A DNA stretch of 64,000 bases from Candidatus Curtissbacteria bacterium RIFCSPHIGHO2_12_FULL_41_17 (GCA_001774945.1 MFBL01000015.1:529-64528); one strand, 5' to 3'; shown: positions 44,047 through 54,871, counted from the first letter of the stretch. The notes: generated by a model from the letters alone, not told the origin. Program-made: numbers and translations.

Positions 44047-44417
44047 AACAAGCAAGTTTAATTGAAAAAGCTCTGCAATCCGAAAAAGCCTACAAACAGA
44101 TGACCAGCGGCATCTATACATTTGTGGTTGCGCAGTCTGCTAAAAAAAAGCAAATAAAAAAACTTATTGAAAATCAGTTTTCCGTAAAGGTTAAAAAGGT
44201 AAATATGGCCAAATTTGCCCCAAAGAGGAAAAGAATTGCCAAAAGTCGAAAAACAACAGCAGTTGGCGGAGGCAAAAAGGCCATTGTCTATCTTAGGGAA
44301 GGTCAGGAAATTGCCATGTTTATGCCCAAAAGGACAGAAAAAAATAAAAAACAGCAGTTAAAAGGCGTTAAAGAAAAAGAAACCGAGCAAGTTTCTGCAG
44401 AAGGGAAAGAACTATAG
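44043..44417 (+). CDS. rplW: 50S ribosomal protein L23 with K/E-rich C-terminal tail
   Basis: YTFVVAQSAKKKQIKKLIENQFSVKVKKVN... Correct operon position between rplD and rplB. Confidence 0.88.
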   Translation: MKQASLIEKALQSEKAYKQMTSGIYTFVVAQSAKKKQIKKLIENQFSVKVKKVNMAKFAPKRKRIAKSRKTTAVGGGKKAIVYLREGQEIAMFMPKRTEKNKKQQLKGVKEKETEQVSAEGKEL

Positions 44418-44540
44418 TGGTAGTCCAAATTTTTAAAAAAACTAAAATTAAATTTGAATCTGGCTTTGCCAGTTCAAATTTGTCCATTGGAGAAAGAGGA
44501 ATACCAAGGGGAAACCTTGGTTTTCCCTTGGAGTAAATAC

Positions 44541-45362
44541 ATGTCTCTTAGGGTTTTTAAACCGCAAACACCAGGACAAAGATTTAAATCAATTCTGGAA
44601 AATAAAGTAATTACTAAATCTAAACCTGAAAAGACTTTATTGATTCCTCTTCCTAAATCTTCTGGAAGATCTCATGGAAGAGTAACAGCAAAGGGTCGGG
44701 GCGGAAGACATAAAAGAAATCTAAGGTTAATCGATTTTAAGCGAGATAAAAGGGAGATTCCTGCGGTAGTTGCCGCTATCGAGTATGATCCGAATAGAAG
44801 CGCCTCAATTGCCCTTTTACACTACAAGGACGGGGAAAAAAGATATATTCTATCCCCAGTCGATCTTAAAGTCGGTGATGAGGTCGTCGCCGGCCAGAAG
44901 GTAGAGATAAAACCAGGCAATGCTCTTGAGATTGGCAAAATCCCGATTGGGACTGTTGTCCATAATCTTGAACTTATTCCCGGTCGCGGCGCACAAATTG
45001 TCAGAAGCGCAGGCACAGGCGCGATTATATCCGCAAAAGAAGGCCAGTGGGTACATGTAAAATTGCCTTCAAAAGAAATCCGCAAGATTCACGGCAAATG
45101 TTATGCAGCCATTGGTCAAATAGGCAATGAAGATTGGAAAAATATCACTTTCGGAAAGGCTGGCAAATCACGTCATTTCGGAATTAAACCCCATGTTAGA
45201 GGTGTAGCAATGGATCCAAGATCACACCCCCATGGCGGTGGTGAAGGAAAATCAGGAACAGGTATGAACCCGAAGACTCCAAGCGGAAAACGAGCTTTTG
45301 GAAAGACCAGAAAGAAAACTAAACTATCTACGAAGTTCATACTGCAAAGAAGGAGAATTTAA
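44541..45362 (+). CDS. rplB: 50S ribosomal protein L2
   Basis: [15 protein letters not shown]..., [22 protein letters not shown]. The ATG at 44541 is preceded by GGAG. The ORF-track start at 44454 lies in the structured spacer. Confidence 0.95.
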   Translation: MSLRVFKPQTPGQRFKSILENKVITKSKPEKTLLIPLPKSSGRSHGRVTAKGRGGRHKRNLRLIDFKRDKREIPAVVAAIEYDPNRSASIALLHYKDGEKRYILSPVDLKVGDEVVAGQKVEIKPGNALEIGKIPIGTVVHNLELIPGRGAQIVRSAGTGAIISAKEGQWVHVKLPSKEIRKIHGKCYAAIGQIGNEDWKNITFGKAGKSRHFGIKPHVRGVAMDPRSHPHGGGEGKSGTGMNPKTPSGKRAFGKTRKKTKLSTKFILQRRRI

Positions 45363-45366
45363 AAAA

Positions 45367-45651
45367 ATGAGCAGATCAATCAAAAAAGGTCCATATATTG
45401 ACAAGAAGCTTATTAAAAAGGTTTTAGCCCAAAAAGAATCCGCTAAAAAAGAACCGATTAAAACCTGGGCAAGGGCAAGTCAAATTCCGCCTGAATTTGT
45501 TGGGCATACATTTGCTGTTCACAACGGACGAATTTTTATTAATGTATTTGTCTCGGAACCCATGGTAGGTCATAGATTGGGGGAATTTGCCCCTACCAGA
45601 ACTTTTAGAGGTCATGGCAAGATAACAGAAAAATCATCTGCTAAAAAATAA
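45367..45651 (+). CDS. rpsS: 30S ribosomal protein S19
   Basis: [12 protein letters not shown]..., [31 protein letters not shown]. Confidence 0.95.
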   Translation: MSRSIKKGPYIDKKLIKKVLAQKESAKKEPIKTWARASQIPPEFVGHTFAVHNGRIFINVFVSEPMVGHRLGEFAPTRTFRGHGKITEKSSAKK

Positions 45652-45653
45652 GT

Positions 45654-46070
45654 ATGAATCAAATTACAGCTTACGCAAAAAATATCAGAATATCCGGGCA
45701 AAAGATCTTTCTTGTGGTAAATCAAATTAAAAAAATGAAACCGACTGATGCGGTAAAAATTTTGGACTTCGTCCCTAACAAGTCGTCAAAGATTATTAAA
45801 AAAGTATTGCTCTCTGCAATGGCCAATGCCCGTAACAATTTTGGGCATAAAGATGAGTCTTTACTTATTAAAGAGATAATAATCTCAAAAGGACCGGTGT
45901 TTAAGAGGTCCCGGGCTGTTGCCAGAGGAAGGGTTCACCCTATTTTAAAAAGAACAACCCACATCAAAGTCATACTTGAGGCAGAAGAGACTAAAGAAGT
46001 ACCAAAGGCACCAGAAGTATCAAAAGGCGAAGACCCGAAATCAAATATTAAAAATCAAAAATCAAAATGA
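45654..46070 (+). CDS. rplV: 50S ribosomal protein L22 with C-terminal tail
   Basis: AKNIRISGQKIFLVVNQIKKMKPTDAVKILDF...ARGRVHPILKRTTHIKVIL. Confidence 0.92.
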   Translation: MNQITAYAKNIRISGQKIFLVVNQIKKMKPTDAVKILDFVPNKSSKIIKKVLLSAMANARNNFGHKDESLLIKEIIISKGPVFKRSRAVARGRVHPILKRTTHIKVILEAEETKEVPKAPEVSKGEDPKSNIKNQKSK

Positions 46071-46100
46071 CAAATCAAAATTCAAAAATATTTTTAAATA

Positions 46101-46147
46101 ACTATTCACTATTCACTATTCACTATTCACTACCGACCGAAGGGAGC
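46101..46147 (+). repeat. heptamer array (ACTATTC x4) plus CGACCGAAGGGAGC box upstream of rpsC
   Basis: Units lie at 46101, 46108, 46115 and 46122. The 14-nt box at 46134-46147 is identical to 35392-35405. Confidence 0.85.
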
Positions 46148-46151
46148 TGTC

Positions 46152-46790
46152 GTGGGCCAAAAGGTTAATCCAATTGGATTTAGATTAGGAAACGTCTATA
46201 CTTGGAGCTCTAGATGGTTTGCTTCTGGTAAAATCTACTCCCAGTATCTTTTAGAAGATCGCCAACTTCGTCAGTTTCTAATGTTAAGACTAAAAAGTGC
46301 TGGTATTGCAAAAGTCGAAATTGAACGATCATTTGACAAAAGAACAATTATTGTTCATGTTTCCCGTCCCGGAATTGCTATTGGTCGCGGCGGAACAGGG
46401 ATCGAGCAGTTAAAAGAAGAATTGATTAAAAAATTTAAAATCCAAGACCCCAAAAAATTAGAAATAAAATTTGAAGAAATTAAAAATCCAGACTTGGATG
46501 CTTATCTTATTGCTGCAAACGTTGCAGACCAGCTGGAGAGAAGAATCCCATTTAGAAGAGTAATCAATCAAGCCTTAGAAAGGATAAAAAGATCCGGAGC
46601 AAAAGGAGCCAGAATATCAGTTTCAGGCAGGCTTGGCGGTTCAGAAATTGCCAGAACCGAAACTTTAAAATTTGGGGCGATTCCACTCCATACGATTCGG
46701 GCAAATATTGATTTTGCCAAAATAGATGCAAAAGTGCCCAAATCAGGAGTAGTAGGAGTTAAATCCTGGATTTATAAGGGCGAAACATAG
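46152..46790 (+). CDS. rpsC: 30S ribosomal protein S3
   Basis: GTG start. MGQKVNPIGFRLG..., KH-like IAIGRGGTGIEQLK, SGRLGGSEIARTE. Confidence 0.95.
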   Translation: MGQKVNPIGFRLGNVYTWSSRWFASGKIYSQYLLEDRQLRQFLMLRLKSAGIAKVEIERSFDKRTIIVHVSRPGIAIGRGGTGIEQLKEELIKKFKIQDPKKLEIKFEEIKNPDLDAYLIAANVADQLERRIPFRRVINQALERIKRSGAKGARISVSGRLGGSEIARTETLKFGAIPLHTIRANIDFAKIDAKVPKSGVVGVKSWIYKGET

Positions 46791-46958
46791 TTTCGTCCTT
46801 GCGAGAATTTCGCTTCTATTGAAATAGCTTTTTCAATAGAGCTCCATTCTTTAAAAAGCAACTATTATGAGAAGTAATAATTGGAAATTGGAAATTACTC
46901 GCCGCAAGCGAGTTTCGAGTCGAAATGGAAATTGGAAATTCCTCCGAAGGAGGGTTAT

Positions 46959-47363
46959 ATGCTAGCGCCAAAACGAGCAAAATATCGAAAGCAATTCAGA
47001 AACAACATAAAAGGTTTATCAAGATCCAGAACTTCTCTTGTATTTGGGTCTTGGGGTTTAAAGAGTTTAGAGCTTGGATGGATTACTGCAAGGCAGATTG
47101 AGGCCGCACGAAGAGCTATGACTCATTATACAAAAAGAGGAGGTAGAATTTGGATTAGAGTTTTTCCGGATAAACCCGTGACAAAAAAGCCATCAGAAAC
47201 AAGAATGGGTTCCGGAAAAGGTGATGTTGATCATTATGTAGCTGTAGTAAAACCCGGAACTATAATTTTTGAAATGGGAGCTGTTACAAATGAGACAGCA
47301 AATGAGGCAATGAGACTCGCATCTCATAAATTACCCATTAAAACATTAATTATCTCAAAATGA
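46959..47363 (+). CDS. rplP: 50S ribosomal protein L16
   Basis: [15 protein letters not shown]..., [42 protein letters not shown]. The ATG at 46959 is preceded by GGAGGG. Confidence 0.95.
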   Translation: MLAPKRAKYRKQFRNNIKGLSRSRTSLVFGSWGLKSLELGWITARQIEAARRAMTHYTKRGGRIWIRVFPDKPVTKKPSETRMGSGKGDVDHYVAVVKPGTIIFEMGAVTNETANEAMRLASHKLPIKTLIISK

Positions 47364-47608
47364 AAAAAAAGGATTTAATGGAACTTAAAAATAAAAATAT
47401 TGAAGAGATCCAGAAAAAAATTGATCAGTTGGTAAGTGAAATCGTAGTCAACAAGCTCGAATTAAAAATGGGAAAGTTAAAGAATGTACATCTAATAAGT
47501 AAAAAAAAGAAGGATCTGGCACGTCTCGAAACTATTTTAAAACTTAAATATTTTGCGATAAAACCTAACATATCTGAAAAGAAAGTAAAGAAAAATGTCA
47601 CAAGTTAA
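47360..47608 (+). CDS. rpmC: 50S ribosomal protein L29
   Basis: Position between rplP and rpsQ. Helical, lysine-rich, 82 aa, with [16 protein letters not shown]... Confidence 0.85.
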   Translation: MKKKDLMELKNKNIEEIQKKIDQLVSEIVVNKLELKMGKLKNVHLISKKKKDLARLETILKLKYFAIKPNISEKKVKKNVTS

Positions 47609-47825
47609 AACGGGAACTGTAATTTCCAACAAAATGCCAAAAACTGTGGTGGTAAAGGTTTTGGTAAAGACAAAACACCCTCTTTATAAAAAGATGATTA
47701 CTAAAACTAAAAATTTTAATGCTTATAATGATCGCCAGTTGGCAATCGGTCAAAAAGTCAAAATAATTGAAACCAGACCACTTGCCAAACAAGTACATTT
47801 TAAAATCCTGGAGGTTTTAGACTAA
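47595..47825 (+). CDS. rpsQ: 30S ribosomal protein S17
   Basis: [18 protein letters not shown]....HPLYKK...KTKNF.AYND....[12 protein letters not shown]. Confidence 0.92.
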   Translation: MSQVKTGTVISNKMPKTVVVKVLVKTKHPLYKKMITKTKNFNAYNDRQLAIGQKVKIIETRPLAKQVHFKILEVLD

Positions 47826-47826
47826 T

Positions 47827-48198
47827 ATGCTTTCGGTAAGATCAAAACTGACAGCAGCAGATAATAGCGGTGCAAAAATCCTAGTGATTATAGGAATCGG
47901 TAAAGGTACCAAAAGACGATTTGCGAAACTGGCAGATGTTGTAACCTGTACTGTTAGAGGGGCAATTCCTACTGGTACAGTCAAAGATCACGAGATAGTC
48001 AAAGCAGTTGTTGTTAGAACTAAAAAGGAAACTAGACGTAAAGACGGTTCATATATCAGGTTTTCCGATAATGCAGCGGTTATAATTGATTCTCCGTCAA
48101 ATGCCCCTCGCGGGACAAGAATATTTGGCCCTGTGGCGGTTGAAGTTAAAGAAAATGGTTTTACGAAAATCGCATCACTGGCAAAGGAGGTTGTTTGA
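47827..48198 (+). CDS. rplN: 50S ribosomal protein L14
   Basis: [10 protein letters not shown]....IG.G...RFA.L.DVV...V..A.P.G.VK...[23 protein letters not shown]. Confidence 0.95.
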   Translation: MLSVRSKLTAADNSGAKILVIIGIGKGTKRRFAKLADVVTCTVRGAIPTGTVKDHEIVKAVVVRTKKETRRKDGSYIRFSDNAAVIIDSPSNAPRGTRIFGPVAVEVKENGFTKIASLAKEVV

Positions 48199-48199
48199 A

Positions 48200-48508
48200 A
48201 TGTTCAAATTCAAAGTTGGTGATGAAGTTTTGGTAAGTGCGGGAAAGGATAAAGGTAAAAAGGGAAAGATCGGCAAAATTTTTCCAAAAGAAAGTAAGGT
48301 ATTAATAGAATCAATTAATATAATTAAAAAACATAAAAAGGTTTCAAAAGGTCAGTCTAGCGGAATTTATGAAATTTCCAGGTCAGTTTCAGTTGCCAAA
48401 GTATCATTAATTTGTCCAAAATGCGGCAAACAAACACGAATAGGTTTTTTAATTGAAGCGGGCAAAAAAAATCGAATCTGTAAAAAATGTAAAGGAATAC
48501 TCAAATGA
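48200..48508 (+). CDS. rplX: 50S ribosomal protein L24 (with CxxC..CxxC zinc ribbon)
   Basis: MFKFKVGDEVLVSAGKDKGKKGKI. CPKCGK ... CKKCKG. The ATG at 48200 is preceded by AAGGAGG. Confidence 0.92.
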   Translation: MFKFKVGDEVLVSAGKDKGKKGKIGKIFPKESKVLIESINIIKKHKKVSKGQSSGIYEISRSVSVAKVSLICPKCGKQTRIGFLIEAGKKNRICKKCKGILK

Positions 48509-49047
48509 CCAATCTATATTCGAAATTTCAGACAGAAGTCACACCAAAACTAAAAGAGGAATTTGGTCTAAAAAATGATTTATCAGTGCCTATAATTGAA
48601 AAAATTACTGTTAACGTGGGAGTAGCTGATGCTTTAATTAATAAAGATGTAATCGGGAAAGTGACTGAACAGATTTCTCTTATTTCTGGGCAAAAACCTA
48701 AATGGACAAAAGCCAAAAAGGCAATCGCCGGTTTTAAATTAAGACAAGGAGATGTTATCGGTGTAAAGGTGACTTTAAGAGGCAAGAAAGCCTGGCAATT
48801 TTTAGAGAGGCTGATCAGAGTAGCAATCCCCAGAATTCGAGATTTTAGGGGTATCTCCCAATCAAAATTTGATAAGGATGGTAATTATACACTTGGGTTA
48901 ACAGAACAGATAATTTTTCCCGAAATAGAGTATTCAAAAATAGATAAAATTAGAGGTTTGTCAGTAACAATTTCGATAAAAAATACAAACCCTGAAAAAT
49001 CGAAAAGAGTACTTGAGCTTTTAGGATTACCATTTAAAAACGAATAA
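48505..49047 (+). CDS. rplE: 50S ribosomal protein L5
   Basis: [11 protein letters not shown]....[50 protein letters not shown]. Confidence 0.95.
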   Translation: MTNLYSKFQTEVTPKLKEEFGLKNDLSVPIIEKITVNVGVADALINKDVIGKVTEQISLISGQKPKWTKAKKAIAGFKLRQGDVIGVKVTLRGKKAWQFLERLIRVAIPRIRDFRGISQSKFDKDGNYTLGLTEQIIFPEIEYSKIDKIRGLSVTISIKNTNPEKSKRVLELLGLPFKNE

Positions 49048-49052
49048 ATTTT

Positions 49053-49238
49053 ATGGCGAAAAAATCAAAAATAATTAAAAATGACAAGAAGCAAAAATTT
49101 TACGTACGATATGTTAATAGATGTAAAATTTGCGGTCGACCTCGCGCTTATATGAGAAAATTCGGACTTTGTAGGCTATGTTTTAGAGAATTAGTTCACA
49201 AAGGAGAAATTCCGGGAGTCAAAAAAGCTTCCTGGTAA
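49053..49238 (+). CDS. rpsN: 30S ribosomal protein S14, zinc-binding type Z
   Basis: 61 aa. [38 protein letters not shown]. Confidence 0.95.
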   Translation: MAKKSKIIKNDKKQKFYVRYVNRCKICGRPRAYMRKFGLCRLCFRELVHKGEIPGVKKASW

Positions 49239-49247
49239 AAGAGATAT

Positions 49248-49622
49248 ATGGATCCAGTTTCAGATATGCTTGTTGCCATTAAAAATGGCTATATGGCAAA
49301 AAAATCTAGCGTTGCTGTTCCCTTTTCTAAATTCAAACAAGAAATAGCAAAATTATTAGAGAGAGAAAATATTGTAGGTAAAACTACTAAAGAAAATTCA
49401 CATATAATGATTGAACTTCAATATGAAAATCAAAAACCTAAAATAACTCAAATTGAAAGAATTTCTAAACTTGGATTGCGGGTATATAAAAAAAGCAAAA
49501 ATATTAAAAGAGTAAAGGGAGGTAAAGGTATATCAATCGTTTCCACATCAAAAGGGTTGATGACCGGTGACCAAGCAAAAGCTAAAAAATTGGGAGGCGA
49601 AATAATTTGCCGGATTTGGTAA
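49248..49622 (+). CDS. rpsH: 30S ribosomal protein S8
   Basis: DPVSDMLVAIKNGYMAKK..V.VPFSK....A.LL..E..., GISIVSTSKGLMT...AKKLGGEIICRIW. Confidence 0.95.
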   Translation: MDPVSDMLVAIKNGYMAKKSSVAVPFSKFKQEIAKLLERENIVGKTTKENSHIMIELQYENQKPKITQIERISKLGLRVYKKSKNIKRVKGGKGISIVSTSKGLMTGDQAKAKKLGGEIICRIW

Positions 49623-49627
49623 AAAAT

Positions 49628-50179
49628 ATGTCTAAAATAGGAAAGCTACCGATAATAATTCCAAAAGACGTAAGAGTAAGTATTATAGATTCTCAGGTTA
49701 AAGTTGTGGGCCCAAAGGGAGAACTGGTGTTTGGATTTCATGGGCAAATAAAAGTAGAAATTTCAGAAGATAAAGTGGTAATTTCCCGTAAAGATGAAAC
49801 TAAATTTACCAAATCATTGCACGGTTTAACCCGAAGTATTATTGCTAACATGATTAAGGGAGTAACAGTTGGGCACCAAAAGACTCTCGAATTAATTGGA
49901 GTTGGTTATCGGGCTGCAAAACAGGGTGATGATTTAGTTTTAAATGTAGGTTATTCTCATCCGGTAATTATTCCAAAGACCCCGGGAGTAGATATGGAAA
50001 CTCAAGAAAATAAAATAATTGTTTCCGGTTCTGATAAAGCAGTTGTCGGTGAAATTGCAGCGAGAATCAGAAAAGTAAGGCCACCGGAGCCATACAAAGG
50101 AAAAGGTATCAAATATTTCGGTGAAATCATAAGAAAAAAAGCCGGAAAAACTGTTAAAGCAGTAGGGGGTAGTATTTGA
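49628..50179 (+). CDS. rplF: 50S ribosomal protein L6
   Basis: [17 protein letters not shown]......[16 protein letters not shown]...[22 protein letters not shown]. Confidence 0.93.
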   Translation: MSKIGKLPIIIPKDVRVSIIDSQVKVVGPKGELVFGFHGQIKVEISEDKVVISRKDETKFTKSLHGLTRSIIANMIKGVTVGHQKTLELIGVGYRAAKQGDDLVLNVGYSHPVIIPKTPGVDMETQENKIIVSGSDKAVVGEIAARIRKVRPPEPYKGKGIKYFGEIIRKKAGKTVKAVGGSI

Positions 50180-50562
50180 AAGTCACAAAATCAAACGGCA
50201 AAAACCATTGGCAAAGAAGGTTAATAAGACATGCGCAAGTCCGCAAAAAAGTTATTGGGACTTCTTCTGTGCCTAGACTTGCAGTTTTCCGTTCGAATAA
50301 ACATATTTATGCACAGATCATAGATGATGCGGCTAGTCACACCATTATTTCTTTATCTGACCTAAAATTTCCAAGAGCAAAATCAAAAGAAATATCTAAA
50401 ACTAGCAAAATAAAACAGGCTTATGAGGTAGGTCTAAATCTTGCAAAAACTGCACTTTCCAAAAAAATAAAAAAGACTGTATTTGACCGTGGTGGTTACA
50501 AATATCACGGCCGAATAAAATCTTTAGCCGAAGGAGCAAGAAAAGGAGGATTGATTTTCTGA
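50176..50562 (+). CDS. rplR: 50S ribosomal protein L18
   Basis: [33 protein letters not shown]......, [29 protein letters not shown] start. Confidence 0.92.
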   Translation: MKVTKSNGKNHWQRRLIRHAQVRKKVIGTSSVPRLAVFRSNKHIYAQIIDDAASHTIISLSDLKFPRAKSKEISKTSKIKQAYEVGLNLAKTALSKKIKKTVFDRGGYKYHGRIKSLAEGARKGGLIF

Positions 50563-51023
50563 TGGCACAAATTGCCCAAAAATACATAGAAACGGCAAAG
50601 GATTTCGAAGAAAAAGTTGTCCAAATTAATCGTGTTTCAAAAAAAACTCAAGGGGGCAACAGAATTGGATTTTCAGCATTATTAGTAGTTGGAGACAGAA
50701 AAGGAAAAGTAGGTGTAGGTAAAGGTAAATCAAGAGACGTGGCTTCCGCTATTAGAAAAGGAATAGCCTATGCCAAGAAACATTTAATAGACGTGTCGAT
50801 TATAAAAGGATCGATTCCTGCCGATATCTACATAAAAAGAGGTGCGGCCAAGATTTTACTAAAGCCAGCACCAGAAGGGACTGGCGTTATTGCCGGAGGT
50901 GCAGTCAGAGCCGTAGTTGAAGCCGCAGGTATCAGAAATATTTCAAGTAAGATTCTAGGGACTAAAAATAAAGCCTCAAATGTCTATGCTACCCTTGAGG
51001 CATTAAAAGAATTATCAAAATGA
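50562..51023 (+). CDS. rpsE: 30S ribosomal protein S5
   Basis: [69 protein letters not shown]. Confidence 0.95.
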   Translation: MAQIAQKYIETAKDFEEKVVQINRVSKKTQGGNRIGFSALLVVGDRKGKVGVGKGKSRDVASAIRKGIAYAKKHLIDVSIIKGSIPADIYIKRGAAKILLKPAPEGTGVIAGGAVRAVVEAAGIRNISSKILGTKNKASNVYATLEALKELSK

Positions 51024-51466
51024 AACTAAGTAATTTACCAAAAATAAATAAAAAAAGAAAAAAAATAATTGGACGAGGATTGGGATCCGGTAAGGGTAAA
51101 ACGGGGGGAAAAGGTACGAAAGGACAAAATGTCAGAGGAAAAATTCCTATAACCCATCCTCATTATGAAGGTGGTCAAAGGCCGATTTTTAAAAGACTTC
51201 CATACAAGAGAGGTAAGGGAAATAGTAAGATTTCCAAAAAACCGATTGTAATAAATTTAAAAGTTTTAAACCTTTTGCCAAAAGGATCCATCGTGGACCT
51301 TGAATCTTTAATTAAATTCGGAATTGTTGACAAGGAAGATGCGGTACGTTTCGGGGTGAAAGTATTAGGAGATGGTCAATTAAACTTTCCTCTTGAAATA
51401 AAATTACCAATGTCCAAGAGGGCATTACAAAAAGTGGCAAAAATAAAAGACAAATCCAATAGCTAA
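51020..51466 (+). CDS. rplO: 50S ribosomal protein L15
   Basis: [24 protein letters not shown]-like [15 protein letters not shown]. Follows rpsE directly, with no rpmD between them. Confidence 0.93.
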   Translation: MKLSNLPKINKKRKKIIGRGLGSGKGKTGGKGTKGQNVRGKIPITHPHYEGGQRPIFKRLPYKRGKGNSKISKKPIVINLKVLNLLPKGSIVDLESLIKFGIVDKEDAVRFGVKVLGDGQLNFPLEIKLPMSKRALQKVAKIKDKSNS

Positions 51467-51471
51467 GTCTT

Positions 51472-52773
51472 ATGAATCAATTGCAGAAGTTACTGGAAAC
51501 AATAGTTAAAATCTTCAATGTTAAGGAATTAAGGGGAAAGATTCTTTTTACTGCTTTTGTTTTTTTCGTCTTCAGGGTTTTTGTTTTTGTCCCTGTCCCC
51601 GGTGTTGATTTGGAATCCATTAAGAGATTATTTGGCGAAAATCAGCTTCTTTCCCTTTTAGATATTTTTTCTGGAGGAACGCTTGCAAATTTTTCTGTTA
51701 TGTCTTTGGGGTTAAACCCATATATCAATGCCAGTATTATTATGCAGCTTTTACAAATGGTTTTTCCCAAACTGGAAGAACTTGCCAAAGAAGGAGAATC
51801 CGGAAGGGAGAAAATAAATCAGTATACCAGATACTTGACGGTTCCGCTTACGGTTATCCAAGCATTTGGAATGTATATTCTTCTTCTCAATGCCAAGATT
51901 ATTGAAAGACTTGATCCAATTACATTAATTTCACTTGTTTTTACAATGACTACGGGAACCATACTTTTGATGTGGCTTGGTGAGTTAATTTCGCAAAGAG
52001 GTGTCGGCAATGGTATCTCCATGATAATTTTCGCAGGCATTGTAGGCAGATTACCAATAGGATTTGCCCAACAGGTTTCTGTTTTTGATCCCTCCCAAAT
52101 TAGAAACCTGGTTATCTTTGTAGCAATGGCACTACTGGTTGTAGTTTCAATAGTAATTGTAACTGAGGCAAGAAGACCTATTAAGGTGCACTATTCAAGA
52201 AGGGCGCAAGAAGGTGCTCCTTCTGCGGTATCAAGTTATATTCCCCTTAGGGTCAATCAGGCGGGGGTTATTCCAATCATTTTTGCTGTCTCATTGATTC
52301 TTTTGCCCACAACCTTCGCCAGATTTTTCGAAAGGTCACCTAATGTAGTAATTGCCAATTTTGCCCAAAGCCTCCAAAGGCTTTTTAGCCCAGACCAAAT
52401 TGTATATAACGTCACGTATTTTTTATTGGTAGTTGCCTTCACTTACTTTTACACAACAGTAGCATTCAATACCAAGCAAATATCCGAAATGCTAATGAAG
52501 CAGGGAGGGTTTTTGCCAGGGATCCGGCCCGGTTCTCCGACTAAATCATATTTAGACTTTGTTTCTTTAAGAATTACTCTCTTTGGTGCCATATTTTTGG
52601 GTTTAATCGCAATACTGCCTTCAATTGGGCAATCTTTGACAGGAATACAGACACTCCTAATCGGGGGAACTGGTCTTTTAATAGTTGTGGCAGTCATTTT
52701 GGAAACGTCTAAAAATATAGAATCTCAACTGGTAATGAGAGACTACGACACATTCCTAAGGAGGGGTATATGA
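51472..52773 (+). CDS. secY: preprotein translocase subunit SecY
   Basis: 433 aa, 10 transmembrane helices. [29 protein letters not shown]. Canonical position. Confidence 0.95.
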   Translation: MNQLQKLLETIVKIFNVKELRGKILFTAFVFFVFRVFVFVPVPGVDLESIKRLFGENQLLSLLDIFSGGTLANFSVMSLGLNPYINASIIMQLLQMVFPKLEELAKEGESGREKINQYTRYLTVPLTVIQAFGMYILLLNAKIIERLDPITLISLVFTMTTGTILLMWLGELISQRGVGNGISMIIFAGIVGRLPIGFAQQVSVFDPSQIRNLVIFVAMALLVVVSIVIVTEARRPIKVHYSRRAQEGAPSAVSSYIPLRVNQAGVIPIIFAVSLILLPTTFARFFERSPNVVIANFAQSLQRLFSPDQIVYNVTYFLLVVAFTYFYTTVAFNTKQISEMLMKQGGFLPGIRPGSPTKSYLDFVSLRITLFGAIFLGLIAILPSIGQSLTGIQTLLIGGTGLLIVVAVILETSKNIESQLVMRDYDTFLRRGI

Positions 52774-53312
52774 AATTGCTATTTTTAGGAAGTCAGGGAA
52801 GTGGTAAGTCGACGCAGGCGAAATTACTGGCCGGAAAATTGGACTTGCCCTATATTGAAATGGGCCAACTTTTTAGGGATAAGTCTAAATCGCAAAGTCA
52901 GGGTGGTGCCGATATTAAAAGAGCTCTTGACGTGGGTAATCTGGTCCCTGATCATTTGGCGACTAAAACCTTGCATGAGCGTCTTTTGCAACCGGATTGC
53001 AAAAGAGGCTATGTCCTTGACGGCTACCCTCGAAATTACGCTCAACTTGAGGGGTTGGATCAAGATATAGACAGAGTATTTTACATTAAAGTCTCTGACC
53101 AGGAAGCAATTAGAAGATTACTTGCAAGAGCAAGAACCGATGACAATCTCAAAGTACTAACCAGAAGACTGGAAATTTATCATAAAGAGACTGAACCTTT
53201 ACTTGGATATTTCAGAGAAAGGGGGATATTGGAAGAGATAGACGGGGAAAGACCGGTTGAAATGATTGCAAAAGAAATCAGCCAAAAAATTGCCAATGAA
53301 AACTATAGATAA
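52770..53312 (+). CDS. adk: adenylate kinase (short, no zinc lid)
   Basis: P-loop [25 protein letters not shown]. Confidence 0.9.
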   Translation: MKLLFLGSQGSGKSTQAKLLAGKLDLPYIEMGQLFRDKSKSQSQGGADIKRALDVGNLVPDHLATKTLHERLLQPDCKRGYVLDGYPRNYAQLEGLDQDIDRVFYIKVSDQEAIRRLLARARTDDNLKVLTRRLEIYHKETEPLLGYFRERGILEEIDGERPVEMIAKEISQKIANENYR

Positions 53313-54066
53313 TCGCAAAAGTTTACAAAAAACAAGAAGAGAAATAGAGCTTATGGAAACTTCGGGCAAAATCTGCTCTCTCGTTTTAAAAAAATTAACT
53401 GAGATGGTAAAAGCCGGAGAGTCTTGCAGCAATTTGAATGATATTGCCAGAGCTGAAATGGAAAAAAGAGGAGCTGGTCCTTCATTTATGACTGTTGATG
53501 ACTATAAGTGGACAATTTGTACAACAATAAATGAGGAAGTTGTTCATGGAATCCCTAAAAGACGTCTGCTTAAAGACGGCGATATTTTGGGTATCGATAT
53601 TGGTGTTTTGTACAAGGGGTATCATAGCGATATGGCCGTTTCTCTTTGTGTAGGAAAGATTACAGAAGACAAAAAAAAATTTCTTGACGTAGGCAAAAAA
53701 ACATTAAAGCGCGCAATAGAAAGGGCAAGAATCGGCAATCGTATTGGAGATATATCAGCAACCATTCAGGACGGAATTGAAAGTAATGGCTATTCAGTTG
53801 TTAGAAATTTGACAGGGCACGGAATTGGCAAGAATCTTCATGAGGATCCTGTCATTCCTTGCTTTGGGAAAAGACAAACAGGTCCTAAAATTTTAGAAAA
53901 TATGGTTCTTGCAATAGAAGTAATTTACACCCAAGGATCAGGTGAGGTAAAGCTTGAGCAAGACGGATGGACGATTACTACAAGCGACGGGTCGCTGGGA
54001 GGACTTTTTGAACAAACAGTCGTAATCTCAAAAGATGGCCCTATAGTATTGACACCTTATTTATGA
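53296..54066 (+). CDS. map: type I methionine aminopeptidase
   Basis: VVHGIP, DILGIDIGV.YKGYHSDMA, GHGIG..LHEDP, AIEV/FEQT metal-ligand contexts. The start could be 53266 or 53296. Confidence 0.9.
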   Translation: MKTIDNRKSLQKTRREIELMETSGKICSLVLKKLTEMVKAGESCSNLNDIARAEMEKRGAGPSFMTVDDYKWTICTTINEEVVHGIPKRRLLKDGDILGIDIGVLYKGYHSDMAVSLCVGKITEDKKKFLDVGKKTLKRAIERARIGNRIGDISATIQDGIESNGYSVVRNLTGHGIGKNLHEDPVIPCFGKRQTGPKILENMVLAIEVIYTQGSGEVKLEQDGWTITTSDGSLGGLFEQTVVISKDGPIVLTPYL

Positions 54067-54102
54067 AACTGGTAAAATTTAAATTTAATATAATTTTTTA
54101 AC

Positions 54103-54345
54103 ATGGCAAAACCAGGTATTATTGAAATTGAAGGTGAGGTAACCGAAGCTTTGCCCAACACGATGTTTAGGGTGATGGTAAAAACTGGACAAATTCCATC
54201 TGTCACCGAGGACAAAATTGTTTTATGTCATCTTTCCGGGAAAATGAGAATTCATTATGTGCGTATTTTACCGGGAGATAAAGTAAAACTGGAGATAACT
54301 CCCTATGATTTAACAAAAGGAAGGATAATTTTTAGATACAGATGA
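54103..54345 (+). CDS. infA: translation initiation factor IF-1
   Basis: [18 protein letters not shown]......[38 protein letters not shown]. Confidence 0.95.
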   Translation: MAKPGIIEIEGEVTEALPNTMFRVMVKTGQIPSVTEDKIVLCHLSGKMRIHYVRILPGDKVKLEITPYDLTKGRIIFRYR

Positions 54346-54455
54346 AAGTACAAGCAAGTATTAAAAAAAGATGTATTAGTTGCAAAATCGTAAAACGCAA
54401 GGGAAGACTTTACGTAATTTGTCCAAACCCGCGTCATAAGCAACGTCAAGGATAA
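54342..54455 (+). CDS. rpmJ: 50S ribosomal protein L36
   Basis: Not in the ORF track (37 aa). Hand translation gives [37 protein letters not shown]. The ATG overlaps the infA stop (ATGA). Confidence 0.93.
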   Translation: MKVQASIKKRCISCKIVKRKGRLYVICPNPRHKQRQG

Positions 54456-54460
54456 TTAAG

Positions 54461-54868
54461 ATGACGAGAATTTCAGGGATAGATTTACCAAACGACAAAA
54501 GAATCGAAGCGGCCTTACCGTATATTTATGGAATAGGTCCGACCTTGACAAAACAGATACTTGCTGTCTGTCAAATTGATCCCAATACTAGAACAAAAAA
54601 TTTGAAAGAAGAGGAAATCGCAAAACTTCAAAAAGAAATTGAAAAGTACAAAATTGAGGGAGATTTAAGAAGAGAGATACAAAGCAGCATTAAAAGACTG
54701 CAAGAAATTGGTTCATATAGAGGAATAAGACATAGTAAAAATTTACCAGTAAGAGGTCAAAGAACCCGGGTAAATGCAAGAACAAAAAGGGGTAAAAGAG
54801 TGACTATTGGTACTGTTAGGAAGGAAGTTGCAGTCCGTATGGAAAAGACAACGCAACAAGGTAAATAA
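54461..54868 (+). CDS. rpsM: 30S ribosomal protein S13
   Basis: [49 protein letters not shown]. Confidence 0.95.
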   Translation: MTRISGIDLPNDKRIEAALPYIYGIGPTLTKQILAVCQIDPNTRTKNLKEEEIAKLQKEIEKYKIEGDLRREIQSSIKRLQEIGSYRGIRHSKNLPVRGQRTRVNARTKRGKRVTIGTVRKEVAVRMEKTTQQGK

Positions 54869-54871
54869 TAT

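Noticed and set aside
54343-54345. Alternative genetic code (TGA recoding, as in some CPR lineages)
   Set aside because: TGA terminates well-conserved proteins at their expected lengths (infA, rpsI, rplX, PNPOx-like), and no conserved gene needs TGA read-through. The standard code 11 fits.
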